Origin: Terriglobia bacterium
GTDB taxonomy: Bacteria; Acidobacteriota; Terriglobia; 20CM-2-55-15
Reading direction: 5' to 3'
DNA: 64,000 nt
Assembly (NCBI GenBank): GCA_965198225.1
Contig: CBDAOY010000005.1
Span: 672,001 to 736,000, forward strand
Shown here in pieces: positions 39,817 through 49,039 of the stretch (the stretch's first letter is position 1; each line of letters starts with the position of its first letter). Position numbers and translations under genes: made by a program. The notes beneath the pieces are model-generated. The model saw only the letters and a list, made by a program, of their open reading frames with translations. It had not been told where the DNA came from and searched no databases.

Positions 39817-41736
39817 TTAATGGTTCAGCAGGAATTCAGTGCTGTTCAGCAGCGCCCACTGAACATTCTCCAGGCCGACCTTTCGGTCCCTCTCCATCAA
39901 CTGCAGCGCCACGTCGATCTCCTCCGGCGTGGGTTGTCGTGAAAGGGTCGACATGAAGATGTCCTCGACGATTTCCTGCTGGGTCCGACCTGATTCAAGC
40001 AGACGCTGCAATCGGCTTCCCTCGCTGGCCGTGGAACGATTCGTCACCACGTCTGAAACCATCATCAGCATCGCTTGCAGCGGGGATGCCTTGTTCCCCT
40101 GAAACGCCGGTGTCTCACGCGTGCTCTGGAAGAATGCCTGCATCAGCGCGTACAGGGCCGTTCCTTCATTGGGTCCTTCTGAGCCCCGTTGCCGGCCCGA
40201 TACGCCGTTGGGGGCGGCAAGCTCCTTCACGCGCGAAACAGGCTGGCCCTTGAGCGAGAAATTGTAGGGTTGGTCCGTCGCCTGAGCGATGACGTCCGCC
40301 AACTCGGGCCCGGTCAATACCCGTACGAACCGGCGGGAGTAGTAAGGTGTGTACTCATCCTTCCACTCACCTGGAAACTTCGTCGACAGCTGGTAGGCGC
40401 TGGATTTCATGACCGTCCTGATCAGGTGATGAATACTGAAATCGTTCGCCCGGAAATCTTCGGCCAGCGCATCGAGAAGTGCCGGATTCGTGGGCTGAAT
40501 CGTCCAGGGGGCGGGTGGAGGATTGTCCGGATCCAGGCGAGCCAGATCGAACGAATCATAGGGCTCGACAAACCCAACCACCATGAGCTTGCCCCAGATG
40601 AGGTTCGCCGCAGCACGACCGAACTGGATGTGCGTCGGGATGATTCGTGCCAGAGCCTTTCGTGGATCCTCGTCCGGCCGAGGCTGTTCGCCCGTGAGGA
40701 GGAATGCGGGCTCGTACGTCCTCCCATCGCGCGGGAACCGCGCTTTGGCCAGGGTGTAGAAGGGGGCGTCATCTCCCGTGCCGTAGCCGGGGGCCTCGTT
40801 GTCCATGATCGTGTTCGCGTTCGACACGTTCAGCGCACGATCGCTGTAACTGACGACGGCACGCATCTTCCCGAAGAACGCCGCGTTCTTGTGAAACTCT
40901 TCTCGCGTCTTTTCGGTCAGGTAAAGATTGATGCTTTCGAGATGACCAGCTCCGTCATGACATGAGACGCAATCCAGGTTGAGGCCCAGAAAGATCCGGG
41001 CGACTTCGACTGAGACTTCGTCCACGAAATCCAGACGATCCATCAGGTGGTAGTTGTCCGCGTCGGTCGGGCTGACCGCGCGCGTAGCGGTATAGAGAGG
41101 TCCTCTGTAGAATTCGAGTACGGGCATCATCGTGTGGCTCTTTGCCGCGGTCGTGAGCATGTCGTACATGACCTCGTCATAGGGTCGGTCGACCTTCAGC
41201 CACTGCTTGTTGAACCACTGGAACGACTGGTCCCGCACGCGAAAGAGATCGCCCCAGAACCAGGCCCATTGCTCGGCGAACTCGTCGGTGCCGATCAGGG
41301 AGTCGATCAGCTTGTCGCGCTTGTCCGCTTCGCTGTTGGCGACGAACGCCCGCACGGCGTCCGGACTCGGTATCAGGCCCGTCGCATCCAGATAGGCGCG
41401 TCGGATGAACTCTTGATCGCTCGCCAGGGGAGAGTGAGGAATCCCATCGCGCTCGATACGACCGAAGATGTGGTCATCGACGAGGTTCTTCCGTGGAATC
41501 TCTCCCACGTCGAATGAGGCGGGAAGCGAGCCCGCGACCGCTTCCGTCAACCGACTGGCTTCGGCAGCTTTATCTTCGGCATTCGCGAAGATTCCTTCGT
41601 GCGCCTTCTCGATGGCGTCATGCTGCTGGATCGTCGGGGCCTTCGGCTTCTGAGGCGGCTTTTGCTGTTGCGCGAAGAGGGTCAGTGTGACCGATAGGCA
41701 AAGAATCGATAGCACCGCCACTTTCCATGGCTGCAT
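39817..41736 (-). CDS. DUF1549/DUF1553 (PSD1) protein with CxxCH
   Basis: FIRRAYLDATGLIP, CVSCHD, PTNPALLDALA, S.AYQLS, WALLNSTEFLLNH. Confidence 0.85.
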   Translation of the reverse strand: MQPWKVAVLSILCLSVTLTLFAQQQKPPQKPKAPTIQQHDAIEKAHEGIFANAEDKAAEASRLTEAVAGSLPASFDVGEIPRKNLVDDHIFGRIERDGIPHSPLASDQEFIRRAYLDATGLIPSPDAVRAFVANSEADKRDKLIDSLIGTDEFAEQWAWFWGDLFRVRDQSFQWFNKQWLKVDRPYDEVMYDMLTTAAKSHTMMPVLEFYRGPLYTATRAVSPTDADNYHLMDRLDFVDEVSVEVARIFLGLNLDCVSCHDGAGHLESINLYLTEKTREEFHKNAAFFGKMRAVVSYSDRALNVSNANTIMDNEAPGYGTGDDAPFYTLAKARFPRDGRTYEPAFLLTGEQPRPDEDPRKALARIIPTHIQFGRAAANLIWGKLMVVGFVEPYDSFDLARLDPDNPPPAPWTIQPTNPALLDALAEDFRANDFSIHHLIRTVMKSSAYQLSTKFPGEWKDEYTPYYSRRFVRVLTGPELADVIAQATDQPYNFSLKGQPVSRVKELAAPNGVSGRQRGSEGPNEGTALYALMQAFFQSTRETPAFQGNKASPLQAMLMMVSDVVTNRSTASEGSRLQRLLESGRTQQEIVEDIFMSTLSRQPTPEEIDVALQLMERDRKVGLENVQWALLNSTEFLLNH

Positions 41737-41927
41737 GTTGGGTCCTCCCTCGGAAACTTCGTATGAGTGCTGTTTGCGTAAGTACTAGAAGTAACTGCCC
41801 TAGTTTATATAACTGTCCCCTGTCGGTGGCAAGAAAAACAGGAGCATTCGCCCGAACTTCTCACGAATCTTCGGGCACCCTTTGCCACCGACACTAGTGA
41901 CCTGCTGTCGGGGAATTCGGGTACGGG

Positions 41928-42083
41928 GAATTCGGGGACGGAGACCGAATTCCAGTGTGGACCGAGATCGGGGACGGAGACCGGACTCTTGGGAACCGAA
42001 AACGACGGTTTTAAGGTCCTGGTAATTCGGTCTCCGTCCCCGATCTCGTCAGGTTGGCGAATTCGGTCTCCGTCCCCGAATTC
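41928..42083. repeat. 156-bp nested inverted repeat (REP/MITE-like, family 5)
   Basis: 24-bp IR GAATTCGGGGACGGAGACCGAATT plus inner IR GAGATCGGGGACGGAGACCG. Confidence 0.75.
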
Positions 42084-42127
42084 AACGCTTCGATGGTCGG
42101 CCGGCGTATCCGGGTGAGAGATGCGGG

Positions 42128-42805
42128 TTAGCGGAACACTTCGAAGGTTTCGTCCTTGAGTTCGTAGAGTCGCAACCTCTGGATCTTTCCGTCTTCGGCA
42201 AACTGGAAGAAGGCGGCGCCGGGGACCGTGAACTTCTTTTCTCCATCCCGGAACGTGTAGATGGCTGTGAATTCCACTGAAACGGCCAGTCCGCCCCACG
42301 GTAACGGGGTCGCGTAGAACAGGTTAGCGGTAATCTCCCTGGCCGTTTGGTCATTGATACGGTAGAAGAGGTCGAAGAACGTTGTGCCGTAGTAGTCGGC
42401 CCAGGCTCGAACTCCCGAATGTTCGTAGTACATCACCGGTCCCAGTTGGTGTTCGTTGGGTCGGACGAAAAAGAAGGCGTCAGGGCGGTATAGTTCGACG
42501 AAGCTCTCCACGAACGGTTCCGGGTCCAGAAGTTCAGGTTCCGGTTCGGGCTCCACAGGTTCCGGTTCCTCCGATTCCGGTTCTTCCGTTTGAGACTCGG
42601 CCACGCGGTTCTCGGCGTTCTCGGGGGACCAGTCGTCGAGAGCGTTCAAACGGGCAAACCATTCTCGCACCAGCGCTTCCGGGTCGAGAGCGGCTTCCGA
42701 GCCGGCACCTTCCGGTGCTTGCGGACTGTCTTGCGAGTAGGCGGGCGGTAGAGGGACGAGGGTCAGAATCAGTCCGACGATGATGTGCAATTTGGTACCT
42801 GCCAT
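42128..42805 (-). CDS. Secreted SnoaL/NTF2-like protein
   Basis: Signal peptide, FVELYRPDA, FFQFAEDGKIQRLRLY. Confidence 0.6.
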   Translation of the reverse strand: MAGTKLHIIVGLILTLVPLPPAYSQDSPQAPEGAGSEAALDPEALVREWFARLNALDDWSPENAENRVAESQTEEPESEEPEPVEPEPEPELLDPEPFVESFVELYRPDAFFFVRPNEHQLGPVMYYEHSGVRAWADYYGTTFFDLFYRINDQTAREITANLFYATPLPWGGLAVSVEFTAIYTFRDGEKKFTVPGAAFFQFAEDGKIQRLRLYELKDETFEVFR

Positions 42806-43114
42806 ATCAGCACCTTCCAAGATAAGATTCGGCAAAGATACCGCTTGGGTCGGGTCAAATCAAGGTCACTAGATTATCGGGACACTGCTGGAGTAACGTT
42901 TCAGGCCTGCCGAGCGGGGGCTGGTGTCGCGGGCGGTAGAGGGACGAGGGTCAGAATCAGTCCGACGATGATGTGCATTTGGTACCTGCCATATCAGCAC
43001 CTTCCAAGATAAGATTCGGCAAAGATACCGCTTGGGTCGGGTCAAATCAAGGTCACTAGATTATCGGGACACTGCTGGAGTAACGTTTCAGGCCTGCCGA
43101 GCGGGGGCTGGTGT
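42741..43114. repeat. 187-bp tandem direct duplication
   Basis: 42741-42927 repeated at 42929-43114 with a 1-bp deletion. Confidence 0.85.
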
Positions 43115-43474
43115 GGTGTAACCCAGGTAGGTGTGTCGGAGTTCGACGATTTCGGAGGTTCGGAAGGGCTTGCGGATGATCTGAACGATTCCGACGTCGG
43201 CGATCGCGTCAGTCTGCGCGTCGCTGAGCGGCTTTCCCGTGACCATGACGACCGGTGTTTCGGCACCCAGATCCCGGATAGCGCGAGCCAGTTCGATGCC
43301 ATCCAGTTGCGGCATGTCGAGATCCGTGATCACGAGGTTGTGCCCCCGGTCCGCGAACGCCCGAATCGCCTCCTGGCCATCTGCAACCAGGTCGACTTCA
43401 CAGTCATCGTTCCTCAAAATCGATGCGATCAACTCTCGGATGTTCGCGTCGTCTTCCGCCACAAGAATGAGCAT
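43088..43474 (-). CDS. Single-domain response regulator
   Basis: ILVAEDD, LVITDLDMP, VMVTG, KPF. Confidence 0.9.
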   Translation of the reverse strand: MLILVAEDDANIRELIASILRNDDCEVDLVADGQEAIRAFADRGHNLVITDLDMPQLDGIELARAIRDLGAETPVVMVTGKPLSDAQTDAIADVGIVQIIRKPFRTSEIVELRHTYLGYTTPAPARQA

Positions 43475-43857
43475 CTTGACGCGGGATAATCGCCGATCCG
43501 GCAGACACTGTCAACACGGAATTCGCAATACCTTCAAAAAAGTGAAAATACGCAAAAATTGCAGGAATTCCGGGAGTGAGAATCGCGTGCCCAAACAGGC
43601 AAATGTGGAGTTGGAAAGTCACTTCCCATGAAAGGGAACACGCGTTGACGAGATTTCCGAATAGGCTCGGGTTTTTCGCGTCCAATCTTCCCTTCGATCT
43701 TGGAGTGGCGTGCCTCCTCTTCGGTCAAACACCCGCGCGCCAGCAGTCCAATTTTTCCCACCCGGCACGATTTACCCCTCGGAGAGAATTCAAATGACTG
43801 ATTTCAAAGGCCAGTGCGTTTGGCATCGGCCTTGCGAACAAGATCATCGCCAGAGAC

Positions 43858-44517
43858 ATGGAGGATATGACTGTAATGAGTTTAGCCGGTACAGATGCAG
43901 AGAGAGGCGCTCAGATCCGGCTCGCCGAACTGGAACGTAGGAACCAGCTGCTGGAAGCAGAAGTCCAGCAACTTCGGGTTTACAAGGACTACGCATACAC
44001 CGATGTGCTGACCGAGATCCCGAATCGCCGGTTCTACCACGAGAGGCTTGTCCAGGAGATGGCCCGTGCGCGACGGGGCCAGAATCCACTCGGACTCGCA
44101 CTCCTCGATCTGGATCACTTCAAGGAAGTCAACGACCAGATCGGGCACCGGGCAGGCGACCAGGTTCTGAGATTCTTCTCGCAGTTTCTCCGGGTGAACC
44201 TACGCCAGGAAGACATCCTCTGCAGGATCGGGGGGGACGAGTTTTCCGTGATACTCCCCGATACCAGCGCTGAGCGCGCCGAGATCTTCTTTGAACGGGT
44301 GGTAACCAAACTCGATCGGGTCGATCTTTCCCTTGACGGCCGGGCTAATATCAACCTGTCGTTCAGTTGCGGGATTGCTTCCTTTTCGTCGGATTACACC
44401 CCGGAAGACTTTATCGAACAAGCCGACCATGCTCTGTACATCGCCAAAGGCCGTGGACGGAACCAGGTCGTCACGGCGAGCTTCAGCCAGGTGCTGGTGA
44501 ACAAGTTCGTCAACTGA
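43858..44517 (+). CDS. Diguanylate cyclase (coiled coil + GGDEF)
   Basis: DVLTEIPNRR, DLDHFKEVND, RQED I-site, GGDEF, ADHALY. Confidence 0.93.
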   Translation: MEDMTVMSLAGTDAERGAQIRLAELERRNQLLEAEVQQLRVYKDYAYTDVLTEIPNRRFYHERLVQEMARARRGQNPLGLALLDLDHFKEVNDQIGHRAGDQVLRFFSQFLRVNLRQEDILCRIGGDEFSVILPDTSAERAEIFFERVVTKLDRVDLSLDGRANINLSFSCGIASFSSDYTPEDFIEQADHALYIAKGRGRNQVVTASFSQVLVNKFVN

Positions 44518-44590
44518 AAACCGCGTATTGAAAAAGCTTGCAGCGGTCCATCCAACCGCTTTTGATTTTCCGTCCAAACAACAACTCTAA

Positions 44591-44618
44591 CGGCGGTCGA
44601 AAGACCGCCGCTTTTTTT
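44591..44618 (+). terminator. Rho-independent terminator; intron target site
   Basis: CGGCGGTC-GAAA-GACCGCCG followed by CTTTTTTT. Confidence 0.85.
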
Positions 44619-44619
44619 G

Positions 44620-46804
44620 GTGCGCCAGGCATGGCGCGCAGCGCCATGAATTGGCGCTGGATAACCGGGGAGCGAAAGCGAACCGGGAAGTGACTAGGAG
44701 GTGAGAGTCCTCTGGGGGCCTTGATGACAGGAACCCTTAGCCGATGTGGCAACTGCGTCCGAGCAATCGGGGGTGGGAAGGAAGCCATAGGCAAAACTCT
44801 GGCCCGAGGCACACGAACCGCATAAGAGGCAGGCGTCAGGTGGGCGAAGAGGCCAACAGATCGGAAGCCCAATGTCATCCGGACCGGGCGTTTGTAGATG
44901 CGGCGGGTAGATGGAGTGAAAGTCACGTGCCTTACCCTGGGAGATCCGTTGTCTTGCTGGGAACAGCTAGAGTCGTCGAGAGGCGGCGCGATGGGGCGGC
45001 GGAAGTCAGCCACGGTCATAGTAGCCCGGCGGAGCCGGGGTGAAGGACCACACATGGAGAAGAGACCGACACGGAGCGTTCGATGCGAAACGGAGACGCA
45101 GACAAGAGGGCTGAGAAGCCGGAACCGAACCGGAAGGATAGCGGCGGAACCGTGACAGATACGGATGAGGGGCGTCAAACTCGCACGGCACGTCACGAGC
45201 AAGTCGGGATCGAGGAGGGAATGCTACTGGAGAAGGTGCTGGAACGGGAAAACGTTCTGGCCGCATACCGACGCGTCAAGGCCAATAGCGGGGCGGCGGG
45301 AATCGACGGGATGACCGTTGAGGACCTGATGCGGCGGAAGTCAGCCACCATAGTAGCCCGGCGGAGCCGGGGTGAAGGACCACACATGGAGAAGAGACCG
45401 ACACGGAGCGTTCGATGCGAAACGGAGACGCAGACAAGAGGGCTGAGAAGCCGGAACCGAACCGGAAGGATAGCGGCGGAACCGTGACAGATACGGATGA
45501 GGGGCGTCGCACGGCAGCAAGTCGGGATCGAGGAGGGAATGCTACTGCTGGAACGGGAAAACGTTCTGGCCGGACGCGGGAATCGACGGGATGACCGTTG
45601 AGGACCTGAGTCTGGACGCGAGTCAAGAACTGCTCGACGAGACGTACCGCCCCCAACCGGTGAGGAAAGTCGATATTCTGAAACCGGACGGAGGGATACG
45701 GACGCTGGGCATTCCGACCGTGATGGACCGGATGATTCAACAGGCTCTGCTTCAGGTTCTCCAACCCCTATGGGATCGGACGTTCTCGGAAGATAGCTAC
45801 GGCTACCGACCGGGACGAAGCGCCCAAAAGGCGGTGGTGCGTGCTCGGGAACACATTCGAGCCGGACATCGCTGGGTGGTGGACCTGGACATCGAGAAGT
45901 TCTTTGATCGCGTCAACCATGACGTGCTGATGGCACGCGTGGCGCGACGAATCAAAGACAAACGGGTGCTTCGATTGATTCGGCGCTATCTACAGGCCGG
46001 ACTGATGGAGGGCGGGCTGGTGTCGCCCCGGGCAGAAGGGACGCCGCAAGGCGGCCCCCTCTCGCCTCTGCTGTCGAACCTGTTGCTGGATGAACTGGAT
46101 CGGGAGTTGGGGAAACGTGGGCACCGCTTCGTTCGTTATGCCGACGATGTGAATGTGTACATTCGCTCCGAGGCAGCGGGTCAGCGGGTCATGGCATCGC
46201 TGGAATGTTTTCTGGACAGGAGACTCCGGCTGAAGGTGAACCGGGCCAAAAGCGCCGTGGCGCGGCCGTGGAAGCGAAAGTTCCTCGGGTACAGTTTCAC
46301 GGCGCATCGCGAGGCCAAACTGAAGGTTTCGGATTCGTCGTTAAAACGACTGAAAATGAGACTTCGGGAGATCACGCGAGCCGGGCGAGGCCGAAGCCTC
46401 GCTCGCACGATCGGAACACTCATTCCCATCATTCGGGGTTGGGTGGCTTACTATCGCTTGGCGGAGGTTCGAGGCAGCTTCGAGCGACTGGATCAGTGGT
46501 TGCGCCGCCGGCTGCGGTCGATCTTGTGGCAGCAGTGGAAGCGGAACCGAACACGATTCCGGGAACTCACTCGACGCGGTATTGCGACCGCTCGGGCTCG
46601 GACCTCGGTTTCCAACGGGCGCGGGCCTTGGTGGAATGCGGGCGCCAGCCATATGAATCAGGCTGTCCCCGCCTCTGCCTTCCGTCGCCTGGGTTTGCAA
46701 TCCTTCTCCGAGGTGCATTCCCGACTTCAATCTTTATGAACCGCCGTATACGGAACCGTACGTACGGTGGTGTGGGAGGCGGGCGTTAAGCCCGCCTACC
46801 CGAT
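44620..46804 (+). mobile_element. Group II intron, class C (IIC)
   Basis: 5' GTGCGCC directly after a terminator; domain V GAACCGCCGTATACGGAACCGTACGTACGGTGGTGT; short domain VI ending CCCGAT. Confidence 0.93.
45083..46739 (+). CDS. ltrA: Group II intron RT/maturase; N-terminus disrupted by an internal duplication (open part 45591-46739)
   Basis: GAAGIDG, RTLGIPTVMDR, DLDIEKFFD, GTPQGGPLSPLL, YADD, FLG; no endonuclease domain. Confidence 0.85.
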
Positions 46805-46833
46805 TCTGAGTCCGAACCCGGATTTCGGAATCT

Positions 46834-46978
46834 GCAATTTCCAATCTGGAACTTCCAATGCGGATTCGTACATTGACCAATCTGCAGTGGCTGGACTCTT
46901 CTGCCCGATCGCAAATTGCGATATTTGAAAGAATCCACATTGCAGGTTGCTCATTGCAGATTGCTTCATTTCATATTT
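46834..46978. repeat. Family 3 element (modules in Y-X order)
   Basis: GCAATTTCCAATC..AATGCGGATT, then GCAAATTGCG..TTGCTTCATTTCA, homologous to 12462-12612. Confidence 0.7.
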
Positions 46979-47003
46979 CCGACCACCCCCCGTGTTCAGT
47001 GTC

Positions 47004-47078
47004 TCTGCTTATCGAACACCCGGGGACAGGGCCAGGCCCCTGTCCCCCTCACAGTGGCTCTCTCTTGGCTCGTTTCGC
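47004..47078. repeat. Family 4 repeat
   Basis: Inverted copy of 24987-25062. Confidence 0.75.
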
Positions 47079-47112
47079 GCGAACGGGCGAATCCCTTATA
47101 ATCCCGCACACC

Positions 47113-48852
47113 ATGACTGGATATTTTCTGCCTTGCCGATACGGCGTCCTGCCGGTGCTTCTGCTCAGCCTGGCTCTGCTGCTCTCTTGTGCGCCGCCGG
47201 AAGTCATCCTGTCGACCGACGACGGTGCGGACGGTGCGGTCCTGGAGCCGTTCGAGAACGGGCTCGTCGCTTCGGTCGATCCCATCGCTTCGGGAGTCGG
47301 CCTGGAGATTCTCAGGAAAGGCGGTAACGCGATCGATGCGGCCGTCGCCACGGGTTTTGCTCTGGCCGTCACGCACCCGTCGGCGGGAAACATCGGGGGA
47401 GGCGGGTTCATGATGGTGCGCCTGGCGGAGACCGGCGAGGTTCATGCCGTGGACTACCGTGAGAAAGCCCCCGCAGCGTCCACGCCGCCGATGTTCCTCG
47501 GTGATGATGGGGAGGTCGACCGCGAGAAGTCGGGAGTCGGCTACCTTGTCATCGGCGTTCCGGGTACCGTTCGTGGCTTCTGGGAGGCCAGTCAACGCTT
47601 CGGGACGCTGGAGTGGGCCCAGTTGGTCGAGCCCGCATTAGCACTCGCCCGCGACGGTTTTGTGGTGGATGAATACCTGGCGAATTCGCTGAGGGGGCAG
47701 GAAAGAAACATGGATCGCTTCCCGGAGTTCGGGCTGGCGTACCGCAAGGAAGACGGCTCCTACTACGAGCCGGGAGAGCGCATGGTCCTTTCCGATCTCG
47801 CCTGGACCCTCGAGCAGATTCGGGATAACGGAGCCGACGGGTTCTACCAGGGAGAAGTTGCCGAGCGCCTGGTCAACGACCTCCAGGCAAACGGCGGCAT
47901 CATCACGCTGGATGACCTCGTTTCATACACGGCGCCGATCCGGGAACCGATTCACGGGACCTACAAGGGGTATGACGTCTACGGCATGCCTCCGCCCAGC
48001 TCCGGCGGAACGACCGTCGTCCAGATCCTCAACATGCTGGAGGGCTACGACCTGAGCGCTTGGGGACGCCGCGACCCCGGGACGATCCACCTTCTGGCCG
48101 AAGCGATGCGGATCGGGTTCTACAACCGGGCGAAGTATCTCGGCGACACCGATTTCGTGGACGTCGATGTCACCCGCCTCACTTCGAAGGAATTCGCCGA
48201 ACCCTTCCAGTCACGAATCGACCTGGAAGCGGCCATGGCCAGCCGGGACCTGGGCGACGACATCATCACCCGGGGTGAAGGCACGGAAACCACCCATTTC
48301 TCTGTCGTCGACCGCGCCGGGAACATGGTGGCCAACACCTACACGATCGAACAGGGTTACGGGTCGCGAGTCGTCGCGAAGGGAACCGGGTTCCTCCTGA
48401 ACAACGAGATGCACGACTTCAACATGAATCCCGGTGTGACCGATACGAATGGCATGATCGGGACTCCGCCGAACCTGATCGCGCCGGGCAAACGGATGCT
48501 CAGCTCGATGTCGCCGACCCTGGTACTGCGGGATGGCAATCCGTTCCTGGCAACAGGAAGCCCCGGCGGACGGACGATCATCAACACGGTCCTGCAGGTG
48601 ATCGTCAACGCGATCGACTTCGGTATGGACGTCCAGGCGGCCGTCGACGAACCCCGGATCCATCACCAGTGGATGCCCGACCGCGTGAACATGGAACAGG
48701 CACTCGGCGCGATCGAAGGGGCCATGCAGGGGCGTGGGCACAGGACACGGATGGCGCGACGGCAGGGAGACGCGCATTCGATCATGGTTCTGGACGGACG
48801 GTTATACGCTGGAGTCGACAGACGACTGCGTGGCGGAGCGGCAGGATATTAA
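47113..48852 (+). CDS. ggt: Gamma-glutamyltransferase, probable lipoprotein
   Basis: LLSC lipobox-like, GGNAIDAAVA, ETTHFSVVD, LNNEMHDF, LSSMSP, GSPGG. Confidence 0.95.
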   Translation: MTGYFLPCRYGVLPVLLLSLALLLSCAPPEVILSTDDGADGAVLEPFENGLVASVDPIASGVGLEILRKGGNAIDAAVATGFALAVTHPSAGNIGGGGFMMVRLAETGEVHAVDYREKAPAASTPPMFLGDDGEVDREKSGVGYLVIGVPGTVRGFWEASQRFGTLEWAQLVEPALALARDGFVVDEYLANSLRGQERNMDRFPEFGLAYRKEDGSYYEPGERMVLSDLAWTLEQIRDNGADGFYQGEVAERLVNDLQANGGIITLDDLVSYTAPIREPIHGTYKGYDVYGMPPPSSGGTTVVQILNMLEGYDLSAWGRRDPGTIHLLAEAMRIGFYNRAKYLGDTDFVDVDVTRLTSKEFAEPFQSRIDLEAAMASRDLGDDIITRGEGTETTHFSVVDRAGNMVANTYTIEQGYGSRVVAKGTGFLLNNEMHDFNMNPGVTDTNGMIGTPPNLIAPGKRMLSSMSPTLVLRDGNPFLATGSPGGRTIINTVLQVIVNAIDFGMDVQAAVDEPRIHHQWMPDRVNMEQALGAIEGAMQGRGHRTRMARRQGDAHSIMVLDGRLYAGVDRRLRGGAAGY

Positions 48853-48854
48853 AT

Positions 48855-49036
48855 GTGGGTGCGCTCTATGAGCCCCACAATTGTTCCAGCTTGAGTGAGG
48901 CGTGGGGGGACCGGACCAGCTGTCTTTCTCCACACACCCACGCACTACGAACGGTACCTGAACACTCAAACTTTCGTCGAGAGGGGGACGGTGGGCCCGA
49001 CGCTAATGGACGGTTCCGGTCATAGACCGCACCTAC
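48855..49036. repeat. Degenerate family 1 REP doublet with a long spacer
   Basis: GTGGGTGCGCTCTATGAGCCCCAC ... CGGTCATAGACCGCACCTAC, ~140 bp apart. Confidence 0.6.
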
Positions 49037-49039
49037 ACG

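Noticed and set aside
45591-46739. RT as a retron, DGR or defence RT
   Set aside because: Has group II intron 5' GTGCG, domains V/VI and a maturase region; no TR/VR pair or msr-msd seen
46858-47112. Long N-terminal extensions of ggt (also rqcH, the MltD-like gene and ADOP 22021)
   Set aside because: They read through intergenic repeats or the upstream gene; downstream starts fit the families better
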